Shown: positions 27,306 to 37,709, numbered from the stretch's first letter. The stretch is DNA of 64,000 nt from Longimicrobiales bacterium (GCA_965219445.1 CBDCNQ010000005.1:640001-704000); one strand, 5' to 3'. Notes: generated from the sequence alone by a model not told the origin. Made by a program: numbers and translations.

Positions 27306-27965
27306 TCAGTTGACGTCGATATCGAACGTATGGCTGATGCCAAAAACGATGGTGTGGTCATCGACATCGGGAGTTCCGAGGATATCGTCGGTGCTGTAGA
27401 TCCAAGACGCCGTTAAGTCGAAATCCCCTACCGATAGGACGTATCCGGCCTCGTAATACTCACCGTCATGGTTGGCCCCGTCAGCATCGTCACCGAACAT
27501 GCCGAAGGTGGCGTAGAGCCCTCTTTCTTCCACGGTGACGGCAAGGAACCAGTAATCATGGGCGTCAGGTTCTGTCCTATGGCTGCCGTAGGAAAACTCA
27601 CCGGAAAGCGGTCCGTAGCCAATGTTTAAGTTCCCCTCCAGGTAGGTGTTGTCGAAGGCGTCGTCCGTGTAGAAATACCCCGTGCCACCGACGCTGACGC
27701 TGAAGTCATCCACCTCATGGCCAACACCGGCGTAGACATCGACCTCGTTACCGGGTGCCACACCCGCCGCCCAAGTGCCCAGATATACTTTACTGACAGC
27801 CAAGTCTAGGCCCGCACTGGCGGAGGACGCCGCCTGAGGGATTCCGCGGTAGAGATAATCGGAGGCAAAGCCCACGTTCGCCGATAACTCCGCGTCCTGG
27901 GCTACGCCGACGAGCGGGGTAACCAAGGCGGCCACCAACACCACCGCACCTATGCTCAATTTCAT
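27306..27965 (-). CDS. TorF/Gcw_chp-like putative porin
   Basis: Signal peptide; SANVG..SDY.YRG..Q, Y.GTW, EVD.Y.G; this family is often next to glnK-amtB. Confidence 0.8.
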   Translation of the reverse strand: MKLSIGAVVLVAALVTPLVGVAQDAELSANVGFASDYLYRGIPQAASSASAGLDLAVSKVYLGTWAAGVAPGNEVDVYAGVGHEVDDFSVSVGGTGYFYTDDAFDNTYLEGNLNIGYGPLSGEFSYGSHRTEPDAHDYWFLAVTVEERGLYATFGMFGDDADGANHDGEYYEAGYVLSVGDFDLTASWIYSTDDILGTPDVDDHTIVFGISHTFDIDVN

Positions 27966-28053
27966 TCGTTACTCTCCTCGAAACGTGATGGAGCGTAACG
28001 AGCGGCGACGTCCACCATTCGGGCTGCTCCAGAACCAATCGGAGCGACACAAA

Positions 28054-28070
28054 TGCGAGTCTCGTGCCAA
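28054..28070 (-). promoter_or_regulatory. Sigma54 promoter
   Basis: TTGGCAC-GAGAC-TCGCA. Confidence 0.7.
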
Positions 28071-28159
28071 GAATCACAAACCCGAGGGCAAGACGTGTTA
28101 TCCAGTTGACGGACAACCACCTAGAGACATCGAGCCACAGAAAATGGGAACGTCTCCAT

Positions 28160-28204
28160 CATACGAGACGGTGGGACGGTCGCTTTTTCCTACCAAAATG
28201 TAGG
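28160..28204. promoter_or_regulatory. Paired enhancer sites
   Basis: CATACGAGACGGTGGG and CCTACCAAAATGTAGG, 29 bp apart. Confidence 0.6.
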
Positions 28205-28253
28205 ACTACTAAGGAGGCTACCAACTGCGTGACCCTCGGGCCTCGGCCCAGTT

Positions 28254-29567
28254 CTAGCGCAGGTCGCCCAAAACCTCCCGGAGCGTCCCCAAGACCTCGG
28301 CGGCCTGGGCCTCGGAAAACACCAGAGGTGGCCGGAGGCGAATGGACCGCGGTCCGCACGAGAGGATCGCGAGGCCTCGGTCCCAGCATCCCTGCACGAC
28401 CCGGCCACGCACGTCTCCGTCTGGCAAGTCGAAGGCCACCAGCAGCCCCCTACCCCGCACATTCGAGACGCTCTCGAATTCCCCGGCCAGGGCTTCCAGC
28501 CCCTCGTTGAGGGTGGCACCTACACGAGCGGCGTTTTCCAAAAGACCGTCCTCGTGGATGATCTCCAGGTAGCGAACACAACGGACCATGTCGGTGAGGT
28601 TACCCCCCCAAGTGGAGTTGATCCGGCTCGACACGTGGAAGACGTTTGACTCGATTTCGTCGATGCGCCGCGTGCTCATCATGCCGCAAACTTGTGTCTT
28701 CTTTCCGAATGAGATGAGGTCGGGCACGACGCCACTCTGTTCGTACGCCCACATCGTCCCGGTCGCGCCCAAACCCGTCTGAACCTCATCGAAGATCAGT
28801 AGCGCCTCATGCCGATCCGCGTATACCCTGAGCCTGGCGAAGAACTCGGGGCGAAAGTGATGGTCCCCACCCTCCGCCTGGATGGGCTCGATGAGGATTG
28901 CGGCTATGCCGTCCGGATCATGCTCGAAAGCGGATTCGATCTCGCCACATGCCGATTGCTCCTTGGCCGCAACGGCTTCTTCGTCTATCGGAAAGTCGAT
29001 ATACGGGCTGGAAATCCGTGGCCAGTCGAACTGCGGGAAATCATCCGTCTTGGTCGGATCCGTATTCGTGACCGAAAGCGTATAGCCAGTCCGGCCATGG
29101 AAGGCATCCCGGAAGTGGAGAATCTTGTCCGCTCCACCCGAGACGCCACGCGCCCGGTTCTTCTGAGCTTTCCAGTCGAAGGCCGCCTTCATGCTGTTCT
29201 CCACCGCGAGCCCACCACCAGCCACGAAAAAGAGGTATCGGAATTCGGCCGGAACGGCCAAATCTCGGAATGATTTGACGAAAGCCGCAAACTCCCGGGA
29301 GTAGGTATCACTGTTCGATGGATTTGACAGCGCCGCCGTCATCAGGGACTCCCGAAATCCCTCGTCCCTCAACTTGGGATGATTGTGACCCACCGGGAGG
29401 GTGGCGAAGTACCCATAGCAATCCAGATATTCCTTCCCTTCCAATGCATCGACGATGACCGCACCGTGGGACTTCTCGAGATCGATGACCAGGTGGAACC
29501 CGTCCACGAGGATGTTTTCCTTCAAGACCGGGAAGACCTCCTCGGCCGGGATTTCGACCCTGGGCAT
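28254..29567 (-). CDS. lat: L-lysine 6-transaminase (class III aminotransferase)
   Basis: ILVDG...V.DL..S.G, AFHGRTGY, EPIQAEGGD, DEVQTG, FGKK, SRINSTWGG. Confidence 0.88.
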   Translation of the reverse strand: MPRVEIPAEEVFPVLKENILVDGFHLVIDLEKSHGAVIVDALEGKEYLDCYGYFATLPVGHNHPKLRDEGFRESLMTAALSNPSNSDTYSREFAAFVKSFRDLAVPAEFRYLFFVAGGGLAVENSMKAAFDWKAQKNRARGVSGGADKILHFRDAFHGRTGYTLSVTNTDPTKTDDFPQFDWPRISSPYIDFPIDEEAVAAKEQSACGEIESAFEHDPDGIAAILIEPIQAEGGDHHFRPEFFARLRVYADRHEALLIFDEVQTGLGATGTMWAYEQSGVVPDLISFGKKTQVCGMMSTRRIDEIESNVFHVSSRINSTWGGNLTDMVRCVRYLEIIHEDGLLENAARVGATLNEGLEALAGEFESVSNVRGRGLLVAFDLPDGDVRGRVVQGCWDRGLAILSCGPRSIRLRPPLVFSEAQAAEVLGTLREVLGDLR

Positions 29568-29857
29568 GTCGCTCTCCTTGGGCGATGAGTGTGTAACACA
29601 AGAGCAGCAAGTCCGAAGATGACGAGAACCCGAGGAGCGGGCAGGACTACGGAATCCGATGTCGGCAAGACACCGGCGCGCCGGGTTCAGTCCCGGCCGC
29701 GGTCGGGCGGAGCGAAGATTGCAGGTCGGGCATCGACGGGGCGTAATGTCATCGTGAAACGTAATGTAGTGTGGTTTTGTAAAAGTGTCTCTGGCAGGCT
29801 AGCCTCCGGGGATTCGGGAGCCCCAAGGGGCTTTCTTCCTCCGGCACGGAAATCTCA

Positions 29858-30709
29858 TTGACCACCACCACCCAAGCGCAGGACGAGCCCGAGACAGGTC
29901 CAGTTCTTCCGGGGCTCCTCGTGGATCCCAATTGGTTGGAGGACCAAATCGATGATGCGCATCTGCGGATCGCGGATCTCCGGGATCAGGACGCGTACGC
30001 CGGCGGGCACATCCCCGGGGCCGTCCAGTTGGATCTCGAAGACCTCGGTCGCAATCTGGACGGTTGCGACAACGTCCTATTGCCCCCCGCCGAGTTTGAG
30101 GGCGTCATCACACGACTCGGGATCTCCAACCAGGACACCGTTGTGGCGTACGACGACCACTGGGGCTTGCCGTCGGCCCGGCTCATCTGGGCCCTGCATC
30201 ACTACGGGAAGCGGGCGGCCGGCGTGCTGAACGGTGGTTGGGACCGATGGCAGGAGGAGGGGCGGCCCATGACAGTTGGGCTAACGTCATCCGGTCCGAC
30301 GGCAGGGGAAACGGACGCCTTCGAGGTGCGCCTGAACCCCGACCTGGCCGCCGATTACGAATGGATCGCCGCCGGTGTGGCTCGCGGAAACGCCGTCCTG
30401 CTGGACACGCGGTCGCCCGTCGAGTTCGATCAGGGGCACTTGCCCGGAGCAATATCCTGGGATTGGTTCAACGCAGTCCCCGACGGATCGTGGGACTGTT
30501 CCCGAGACGCAGGCGAGCTTCGGTCGGAGCTCATCGCGCTCGGAATGCGTCCGTCCGACGAGGTCGTCGTCTACTGTAGATCGGGAATGCGGGCGGCGCA
30601 CACCTACGTCGTGCTACGGAACGCCGGCTTCCCCCGAGTTCGGTTGTACGACGGTTCGTGGCAGGATTGGGACATGAGAGGCACGTCCGGCCGAGCTAGC
30701 GAGGGATGA
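29858..30709 (+). CDS. Tandem-domain sulfurtransferase (rhodanese), cytoplasmic
   Basis: GHIPGA, YCRSGMRA, LYDGSW. Confidence 0.9.
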   Translation: MTTTTQAQDEPETGPVLPGLLVDPNWLEDQIDDAHLRIADLRDQDAYAGGHIPGAVQLDLEDLGRNLDGCDNVLLPPAEFEGVITRLGISNQDTVVAYDDHWGLPSARLIWALHHYGKRAAGVLNGGWDRWQEEGRPMTVGLTSSGPTAGETDAFEVRLNPDLAADYEWIAAGVARGNAVLLDTRSPVEFDQGHLPGAISWDWFNAVPDGSWDCSRDAGELRSELIALGMRPSDEVVVYCRSGMRAAHTYVVLRNAGFPRVRLYDGSWQDWDMRGTSGRASEG

Positions 30710-31944
30710 CGGAGAAGAATGGCATGAAGACAACCGTGGGCCCCGCCGCGACCAAAAACTCGGCCCTCGCGCTGATCGCCTGGGCGACGGCGGCCGGGGT
30801 GTACCTGACGGCTCACGCTGTGGACACCGAGTTTTCAATGTTCTGGATGTTCGGGCTCGCGTTCGGATTCGTCCTTCAGCGAGGGCGTTTCTGCTTTGCG
30901 TCGGCATTCCGAGACATCTTCCTGCTGGGACACGCCCGCAACATGAAGGGGGTTCTCATGGGCCTCGCGGTGGGCGCCGTCGGGTTCGGGCTCATCATGG
31001 GCCGCCAGGTGCCCCGGACCTCTCTGGGCATCTATCCTCCCTCGGCCAACGTGCTGCCACTCGGAATCCACACGGTCTTCGGCGGGCTCCTATTCGGCGT
31101 AGGGATGGTGCTCGCCGGCGGATGCGTTTCAGGCAGCATCTACCGAATGGGAGAGGGATACGTAGCCTCTTGGGTGGCGTTCGCGGGGGTTACGGGTGGG
31201 CTGCTGTTATCGGCGCACACGTGGAATTGGTGGTGGGAAGCGCACATCGAGGCGGCTCCGCGCTTTTGGCTGCCTCACTTGGTGGGACACCCGGGAGCAC
31301 TGGTCGTCACGTTGCTGGCGCTGGCCGCCGTCTACGTGTGGGTCCTTTCGATCGAGCACCGAGCCGGCATGGTCGTCCCCTCGCTGCCGGAAGCCCGTCC
31401 ACAGCCCGAGAGCGTCGGCGAGGATCTCAAGTCGGCGGCGCGACGGTTGTTCGTGCAAGCCTGGCCCGTGCTTCCCGCGGGGGCCGTTCTGGGCGGCCTC
31501 AACGTTTTGCTCTTCATGACCCAAGAGCCCTGGGGCTTTACTGGAGAGGTGTCACGCTGGTCCATCGGGATGGCCTCGCTCGTCAACGCCGCGCCCGGAC
31601 CCCTGGCCGGCGTAGAGTCGCTGCCCGGCTGCGTTCTGGTGCCCTCGGACGGAAATTTCTTCAACCATATGCTTTTCCTGGTCGTGGGAATGTTCTTCGG
31701 CTCTTTCGCCGCCGCTCTCGGTGCCGGAGAATTCAAGCTTCGAGTTCCGAGGCGCCCTATGCGGTACGGTCAGTCACTCGGAGGCGGGGTGATCATGGGG
31801 TATGGTTCCGGAATCGGTATGGGATGCACCGTAGGGGCCTTCTTCTCGGCAATCCCGTCGCTGGCGGTGAACGGATGGGTGTTCGGGGGGTTCCTTGCGA
31901 TTGGCGCCTGGATCGGCACTTTGATCATTCAGAGAATCCAATAG
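30706..31944 (+). CDS. YeeE/YedE (TsuA-like) sulfur transporter
   Basis: QRGRFCF, LAGGC.SG, GCT motifs; multiple TM segments. Confidence 0.9.
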   Translation: MTEKNGMKTTVGPAATKNSALALIAWATAAGVYLTAHAVDTEFSMFWMFGLAFGFVLQRGRFCFASAFRDIFLLGHARNMKGVLMGLAVGAVGFGLIMGRQVPRTSLGIYPPSANVLPLGIHTVFGGLLFGVGMVLAGGCVSGSIYRMGEGYVASWVAFAGVTGGLLLSAHTWNWWWEAHIEAAPRFWLPHLVGHPGALVVTLLALAAVYVWVLSIEHRAGMVVPSLPEARPQPESVGEDLKSAARRLFVQAWPVLPAGAVLGGLNVLLFMTQEPWGFTGEVSRWSIGMASLVNAAPGPLAGVESLPGCVLVPSDGNFFNHMLFLVVGMFFGSFAAALGAGEFKLRVPRRPMRYGQSLGGGVIMGYGSGIGMGCTVGAFFSAIPSLAVNGWVFGGFLAIGAWIGTLIIQRIQ

Positions 31945-31991
31945 AGTGCGAGCCTGATGCACCGAGCAGAGCCCAGGTAAGCGATGAAGCG

Positions 31992-32237
31992 ATGACGCCC
32001 ACAAAGCTGGACGTAAGAGGCGAGATCTGCCCCTATCCGATGATGCGGACCGTCAGGGCCTTGAAGAAACTGCCCGGAGACGAGAGCGAGTTGGTGGTGG
32101 TCACCGATCATGCGCCGGCGCTGGAGACGATCCCAACACAGGCCGCCCGCCTCGGGTTCCGAACCGACATCGAAGAGGCCGGCGCGTCGGAGTGGCGTAT
32201 CACGATTACACGCACGCAAGTGGAGGAGGAAGCATGA
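31992..32237 (+). CDS. TusA/YeeD (TsuB-like) sulfur carrier
   Basis: LDVRGEICPYP, VTDH. Confidence 0.88.
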   Translation: MTPTKLDVRGEICPYPMMRTVRALKKLPGDESELVVVTDHAPALETIPTQAARLGFRTDIEEAGASEWRITITRTQVEEEA

Positions 32238-33151
32238 GCAACCATCGAACGGCACTAACGAAGCTTCTCTGGATCATGCTCCTGAGCGCCGTGTCGGCCT
32301 CCTGCGCGAGCGAGGGCGGTGACGCGACCGAGCGGGCCTACGCCAACGACGTCCTGGTCGATACGGAATGGATCGAAGCGCGTACGGAGGACTCCAGCGT
32401 GCGTATGCTGGAGGTCGGTGGAAACGCGGAGGCCTTCGGGGAGGGGCACCTTCCCGGGGCATCCTTTCTGTCGATGGGCCGGTTGTCGAACCCCGACGAT
32501 CCCGTTCGCGGCCAGATCGCCACGGCGGCCCAGGTGTCGGCAGCCATCTCCGGCACGGGTGTCGGACGGGATCAGACCGTGGTCCTGTACGACCGCCAAA
32601 ACAATCTCCAGGCAGCCAGAGCCTATTGGGTCTTGAAGTACTATCAGCACCCCGACGTCCGCATCTACAACGGTGGGACCCGCAGTTGGACTGCGGACGG
32701 GCGGGCGTTGAGCACGGAAACTACCGAGTACGAGCCATCCGACTATCAAGCGGGTCCGGCCGACCCGGAGATCCGCACGACCTGGCAGTACGTCGTAGAC
32801 CATACCGATGATCCGACGACGCTCTTCTGTGACACGAGGAGCCCGGGTGAGCACCTGGGTCTAGATGTCAGGGCGGAACGGGGTGGCCACATCCCGGGCT
32901 CGATCAACATGGAATGGACGGCGGCGGTGAATTCGAATGGGACGTTCAAGTCCGTCGCTGAACTGGCAGCCTTGTATGGTGGAGCGGGCTTCACATCCGA
33001 CAAGCAGATCATCACCTACTGCCAGAGTGGCGTCCGGGGCGCTCACACATGGTTCGTCCTGAGTGAGCTCCTGGGTTATCCGAACGTACGCAACTACGAC
33101 GGGTCGTGGGGAGAGTACGGAAACAACCCCCAGAGTCCGATCGAGAGCTAG
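32234..33151 (+). CDS. Tandem-domain sulfurtransferase with lipoprotein signal
   Basis: LLSAVSASC lipobox-like; GHIPG, YCQSGVR, NYDGSW.EY. Confidence 0.88.
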   Translation: MSNHRTALTKLLWIMLLSAVSASCASEGGDATERAYANDVLVDTEWIEARTEDSSVRMLEVGGNAEAFGEGHLPGASFLSMGRLSNPDDPVRGQIATAAQVSAAISGTGVGRDQTVVLYDRQNNLQAARAYWVLKYYQHPDVRIYNGGTRSWTADGRALSTETTEYEPSDYQAGPADPEIRTTWQYVVDHTDDPTTLFCDTRSPGEHLGLDVRAERGGHIPGSINMEWTAAVNSNGTFKSVAELAALYGGAGFTSDKQIITYCQSGVRGAHTWFVLSELLGYPNVRNYDGSWGEYGNNPQSPIES

Positions 33152-33164
33152 CGTCGGGTCCCCC

Positions 33165-33668
33165 TCAGTCGTTCTCGCGCGGGTCGCCTTCATCCAAGAC
33201 CTGCTGCGTACGGCCCGCCCGGTAAGTACGGACGGCTTCTCGGACCTCGGGGTATTTATTCCCTAGTATTGCAGCGGCGAGCAGCGCGGCGTTGGCCGCC
33301 CCTGCCTTGCCGATGGCGAGTGTCCCGACCGGGATGCCTGCCGGCATCTGCACGATCGACAACAGCGAATCCAATCCGTCCAGTGCCCAAGCCTTCATCG
33401 GCACGCCCAGGACCGGGACGAGGGTCTTCGCAGCCATCATTCCCCCGAGGTGGGCCGCCCCCCCCGCTCCGGTGATAATCACCTCGAGACCGCGCTCTTC
33501 GGCGGCGGCAGCATACTCGATGCAAAGGTCGGGTGTGCGGTGGCCGGAGATCACTCGGACTTCATGGGCGATGCCGAGCGTTTCGAGCGTCTCCGACGCA
33601 CGCCGCATGGTCGCCCAATCCGACTTAGACCCCATAACGACGCCAACTAGTGGTTGGGACTCGTTCAT
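33165..33668 (-). CDS. purE: N5-CAIR mutase
   Basis: MGSKSDW, S.HRTP, AGGAAHL, SIVQMP.G.PV. Confidence 0.95.
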   Translation of the reverse strand: MNESQPLVGVVMGSKSDWATMRRASETLETLGIAHEVRVISGHRTPDLCIEYAAAAEERGLEVIITGAGGAAHLGGMMAAKTLVPVLGVPMKAWALDGLDSLLSIVQMPAGIPVGTLAIGKAGAANAALLAAAILGNKYPEVREAVRTYRAGRTQQVLDEGDPREND

Positions 33669-33826
33669 GGCAAGAGCTTGCACGAGAGGCCCTGCAGGGT
33701 CAAGAGTTGGCTTCGAGAATCACCGATGAACGTCCCATCTGGCGTGAGAAAAAACACTTGTTCCGGCGGCCCCACAACCACATCTTTCACCTGCAGACTG
33801 GTTCCAACTCCCCGAGGAAGGATCTC

Positions 33827-34840
33827 ATGGATCGCAAGATCATAGCCACCGGAGTACTCCTCACCGGCTTACTGGTGGCGATGCCCGTTCTGGCGCAAGA
33901 CCAAGCCTACGTATGGACGACGGATCGCCCCGACGGGCATGCTCCCGCCGGGGTCAAGTCGGACTTCACACTCTCCGCAGGGGAGCTCTACGTTGGCTAC
34001 CGGTACTCTGCGGAGAAATTCAGAGGTACGCTCATCGGCACCCAGGACGTGTCCGCCGATGAGGTCCGAGACTTCTTCACGGTCGCTCCGCTGACGCACG
34101 ACCGCTGGACGGGAGAGCTCGACGTCCGCTTCGGGTTCGGTCTCGCCACGGTGGAATTCTCGATGCCGTGGGTCAGAAACGAGATGTTCAACGAGACGGA
34201 CACGGGGTTCTTCGAGAGTTCGTCCCAGTTCCTGGGTGACATCAGCCTTCGAGGGTTGTTCGATGTTCTCGAATTAGACGGGTATCGGCTGAGCCTTACC
34301 CTTGGAGGCACAGTGCCAACGGGGAAGATCGGGAAGAGGGGTGCCACGGCCACCGATCCTCGGGGGGTCCTACCCTACACGATGCAGGGCGGCTCGGGTA
34401 GTCCCGACGTCCTGGTCGGCGGAACGTTTCTAGTGCAGAATGAAGTTGCCTCCGTCGGAGCCCAGATCAACTCCGTAATCCGCGTCGTGGACAACGGTAA
34501 GGACTACCGTCTCGGTGATGAGTTCAACTTCTCGGTGTGGGGCGCCTACAACCTCACCGGGTGGGCAAGCGTTTCCCTCAGAGGAAGTTATGAACAGATA
34601 TCTGCGATCTCGGGATTCGACGCACGCACGGACGGGACCGTCGACCCTCTAGCGAACCCGTTCGCCCAGGGCGGAGAACGGATAACGGTCCCGATAGGAC
34701 TCAACGTTTACCTCCGCGACGGCAGGGCCGCGGGACACCGGCTCTCGATCGAGTTCTACTACCCGGTCCACGAAGACCTGAATGGGCCGCAGATGTCGGC
34801 TCATCGGAATCTTGTCGCTTCCTGGCAGACCGTGTTCTAG
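33827..34840 (+). CDS. Outer-membrane beta-barrel, putative transporter
   Basis: Signal peptide, RPDGHAP.GV, GDI, PTG, terminal WQTVF. Confidence 0.7.
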   Translation: MDRKIIATGVLLTGLLVAMPVLAQDQAYVWTTDRPDGHAPAGVKSDFTLSAGELYVGYRYSAEKFRGTLIGTQDVSADEVRDFFTVAPLTHDRWTGELDVRFGFGLATVEFSMPWVRNEMFNETDTGFFESSSQFLGDISLRGLFDVLELDGYRLSLTLGGTVPTGKIGKRGATATDPRGVLPYTMQGGSGSPDVLVGGTFLVQNEVASVGAQINSVIRVVDNGKDYRLGDEFNFSVWGAYNLTGWASVSLRGSYEQISAISGFDARTDGTVDPLANPFAQGGERITVPIGLNVYLRDGRAAGHRLSIEFYYPVHEDLNGPQMSAHRNLVASWQTVF

Positions 34841-34857
34841 ACCTCCATACACTCATC

Positions 34858-34900
34858 AGAACCGCCCCGCCTGGCTCAGCCGGATGGGGCGGTTTTTCTT
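34858..34900. terminator. Intrinsic terminator
   Basis: AACCGCCCC...GGGGCGGTT-TTTCTT. Confidence 0.75.
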
Positions 34901-34926
34901 GGTGGGTGCGTCCTACCATCGCTGCG

Positions 34927-36201
34927 CTACACGACACGCACCATATGATAGTTCTTCTTGCCCTTCCGCAGAATCAAGAACCTCCCTTCGATCGCATCTG
35001 AGCGGGTGACAGCCGCCTCAACGTCTTCGACTCTGACGTTGTTGATGGAAAGACCTCCACCCTCGACGGAACGCCTGGCCTCTCCGCGGGACTTGCACAC
35101 GCCCGCGTCCGCGAACAAGTCCAGAACGCCGGTACCGTCCCCCTCCAGCCCGGCCCGCGTGATCTCGCTCGACGGAACATCCGAGAAGACGTCCGCGAGC
35201 TCATCTGCCCCGAGGCCTGCAATCTCGCCACCGAAAAGCACGTTCGTCGCACGTTGGGCACTCGCAAGACTATCGTCTCCGTGAACTCGCCGTGTCACCT
35301 CCTCGGCGAGCGCACGGTGGGCGCCGCGCTCATGCGGCCGCTCGGCGTGGATCGATTCGAGTTCGGAGATCTCATCGGGACCCAGCAGCGTGAAGCACCG
35401 GAGATGCCGAACGACGTCGCGGTCATCGGCCGTCATCCAAAACTGATAGAACCGGTAGGGCGACGTGAGTGCCGGGTCGAGCCAGACGCCACCGGCCTCG
35501 GTCTTACCGAACTTGTGCCCACCGGCGCCCGTCAGGAGGGGATACGTAATGCCGTACGCCTTCTCTCCTCGCATACGGCGGACCAAATCGATGCCCGCCG
35601 TGATGTTTCCCCACTGGTCGCTGCCGCCCATTTGGAGTGTGCATCCGTACCGCTCGTTCAACGCCACGAAGTCGTACGCCTGTAGGAGCGCGTAGCTGAA
35701 CTCCGTGTAGGAAATCCCCGTCTCTTCGCTCTCCACGCGCCGCCGGATAGACTCTTTCTTGAGAAGCGCGTTCACGGAAAAGTGCTTCCCGACGTCTCGT
35801 AGGAAGTCGACCATCGAGATCTCGCCGAGCCAGTCCAGATTGTTGATGGTCCGAGCCGGGTTGTTGAGGCCGCCGAATTCCAGGAAGTGCTCCAGCTGCC
35901 GCCGGATTGCCTCGAGGTTTTCAGCCGCTTCTTCTTTGGTGAGGAGTTGGCGCTCCTCAGTCTTTCCGGAGGGGTCTCCAATGAGCCCGGTCCCGCCACC
36001 CATGAGCACAAGCGGATGATGCCCGGCCCTCTGAAGGTGCACGAGGCCCATGATGGGCATGAGATTGCCCACGTGAAGGCTGCCCGCAGTGGGATCGAAG
36101 CCGATGTAGGCCGTTACAGGACCCTCGGCGAGGGCGGCTTCCACTCCCTCGGTGGAGTCCTGCAGCATGCCCCGCCAGCGATATTCTTGCAGTAAGCTCA
36201 T
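34927..36201 (-). CDS. tyrS: Tyrosine--tRNA ligase
   Basis: GFDPT, HVGN, GGSDQWGNI, KFGKT, S4 tail. Confidence 0.97.
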   Translation of the reverse strand: MSLLQEYRWRGMLQDSTEGVEAALAEGPVTAYIGFDPTAGSLHVGNLMPIMGLVHLQRAGHHPLVLMGGGTGLIGDPSGKTEERQLLTKEEAAENLEAIRRQLEHFLEFGGLNNPARTINNLDWLGEISMVDFLRDVGKHFSVNALLKKESIRRRVESEETGISYTEFSYALLQAYDFVALNERYGCTLQMGGSDQWGNITAGIDLVRRMRGEKAYGITYPLLTGAGGHKFGKTEAGGVWLDPALTSPYRFYQFWMTADDRDVVRHLRCFTLLGPDEISELESIHAERPHERGAHRALAEEVTRRVHGDDSLASAQRATNVLFGGEIAGLGADELADVFSDVPSSEITRAGLEGDGTGVLDLFADAGVCKSRGEARRSVEGGGLSINNVRVEDVEAAVTRSDAIEGRFLILRKGKKNYHMVRVV

Positions 36202-36308
36202 CTAACTCGGTCGCGTGACACGCTCCCTAACGGGGATCCTCGAAACCCGACACGGCGCGTAAGATCGTCGGCCAAAGATGGTCGGCTATCAACCCCAGTC
36301 AAGCGCAG

Positions 36309-37709
36309 TCAGGCCTGCGAGACGCCCGAAAAAACCGCTCGCACCCTGCCCCGATCGATCTTCCCGTTCACGTTGACCGGGAGGGTGTCAGTGAACTCTA
36401 CGCGCCTCGGTAACTCAGAGGCGGAAAGCCGTTCCCGGGCCCGCGCCATCAACGTATCCAGATCCTCCTCCACCTCGGGGTCGGCTACGATGAGCGCCAC
36501 GACCGTTTCGCCCCAAACCTCGTCCGGAACGCCCGTAACTGCAGCGCTGGCGACGCCCGGTAGGCCCTCGAGCACCGCCTCCACCGATCGTGGATCGACG
36601 GTCGCCCCTCCGGTCACGATTCGATCGCTGATCCGGCCGGAAATCCAGAGATGGCCATCACCGTCGAGCCATCCTAGATCGCCCGTCGCGAGCCACCCCT
36701 CCCCGTCCGCCGCACCGGGCGAGACCGTGTCGCCTCTTACGCAGAGCTCTCCATCCTCCAGAATCCGGACCTCGAGGCCGTCCATCGGAGGACCGACCGT
36801 GCCCGGCTTCTCCACGACAAGGTCCGGAGAGGCGGTGGCCACCTGGGAACAGGCCTCCGTCAGGCCGTAGGTCAGGGCGATCGGATATCCCATTTCGAGA
36901 ACTTCGGTAACCAGTGTGGCACCCGCCGCCGCGCCACCGACCAGAAGGCAACGCAGCGTCGAGGGGACGGGCTCCCCTCCACGCACCTCGAGAAGCCGCC
37001 TCAGCATGGTGGGAACGACCGAGGCGTGAGTCAGAGCGTCCCGGTCGATCAACTCCCCCAGCACCTCGGAGGAAAACCGCCCCCGCACCAGGAGCGTGCA
37101 TCCAACGTGGGCCACCCGGTGCACGAGCGCGAGCCCACCGACGTGGCCAAGGGACAAAGAAGCGTACCAGCGGTCCGCTTCGGTGAGGCCCAAGCGCGCG
37201 ACAGACGCGCGGGCGCTCGCATCGAGGGCCGACGAATGGATCGGGACCGCGTTGGCATCACGGGACGTGCCCGACGTCCAGAGGAGGGCGAAAGGGCCCG
37301 GCTTGGGTGGGAGTTCGGGCGTGGCGTCCGCCGGCTTGGGCAGATCGTCGAGCGTCGTGACCCAATCCGCGTCGAGCGCCGCGTCGTGGACGTCATCTTG
37401 CGTGCTGAGGATCAGGTCGGGCCCGATCATGTCGAGCGCCCGTTCCATCGAGACCGCGCCCAGCCGAGGATCGAGCGGCGCTAGGACGGCGCCGGTTCGT
37501 GGGACAGCCCAAACAGCCTGGATGGATGACGCGTTCGGGTGGGCCACAAGCGCAACGGTTGAGCCGGGCCCCGCCCCGAGGGGTGCGAGGCGGCGGGCCA
37601 TGCGGCCCACCGAGGCGTCCAGTTCGGCGTACGTCCACACGCGTCCGCCGTCGTCCAGCGCGGGGGCGTCGGGGCGGGCTTGCGCCACCGCCCGGAGTGG
37701 ATCACTCAC
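36309..37709 (-). CDS. menE: o-succinylbenzoate--CoA ligase
   Basis: TSGTS, YGLTE, TGDLG; men cluster; GTG overlaps the menA stop. Confidence 0.85.
   Translation of the reverse strand: MSDPLRAVAQARPDAPALDDGGRVWTYAELDASVGRMARRLAPLGAGPGSTVALVAHPNASSIQAVWAVPRTGAVLAPLDPRLGAVSMERALDMIGPDLILSTQDDVHDAALDADWVTTLDDLPKPADATPELPPKPGPFALLWTSGTSRDANAVPIHSSALDASARASVARLGLTEADRWYASLSLGHVGGLALVHRVAHVGCTLLVRGRFSSEVLGELIDRDALTHASVVPTMLRRLLEVRGGEPVPSTLRCLLVGGAAAGATLVTEVLEMGYPIALTYGLTEACSQVATASPDLVVEKPGTVGPPMDGLEVRILEDGELCVRGDTVSPGAADGEGWLATGDLGWLDGDGHLWISGRISDRIVTGGATVDPRSVEAVLEGLPGVASAAVTGVPDEVWGETVVALIVADPEVEEDLDTLMARARERLSASELPRRVEFTDTLPVNVNGKIDRGRVRAVFSGVSQA

Noticed and set aside
31122..32237. 371-aa ORF as a TusA fusion protein
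   Set aside because: The N-terminal part is a shadow frame of the YeeE gene; only 31992-32237 is TusA-like.
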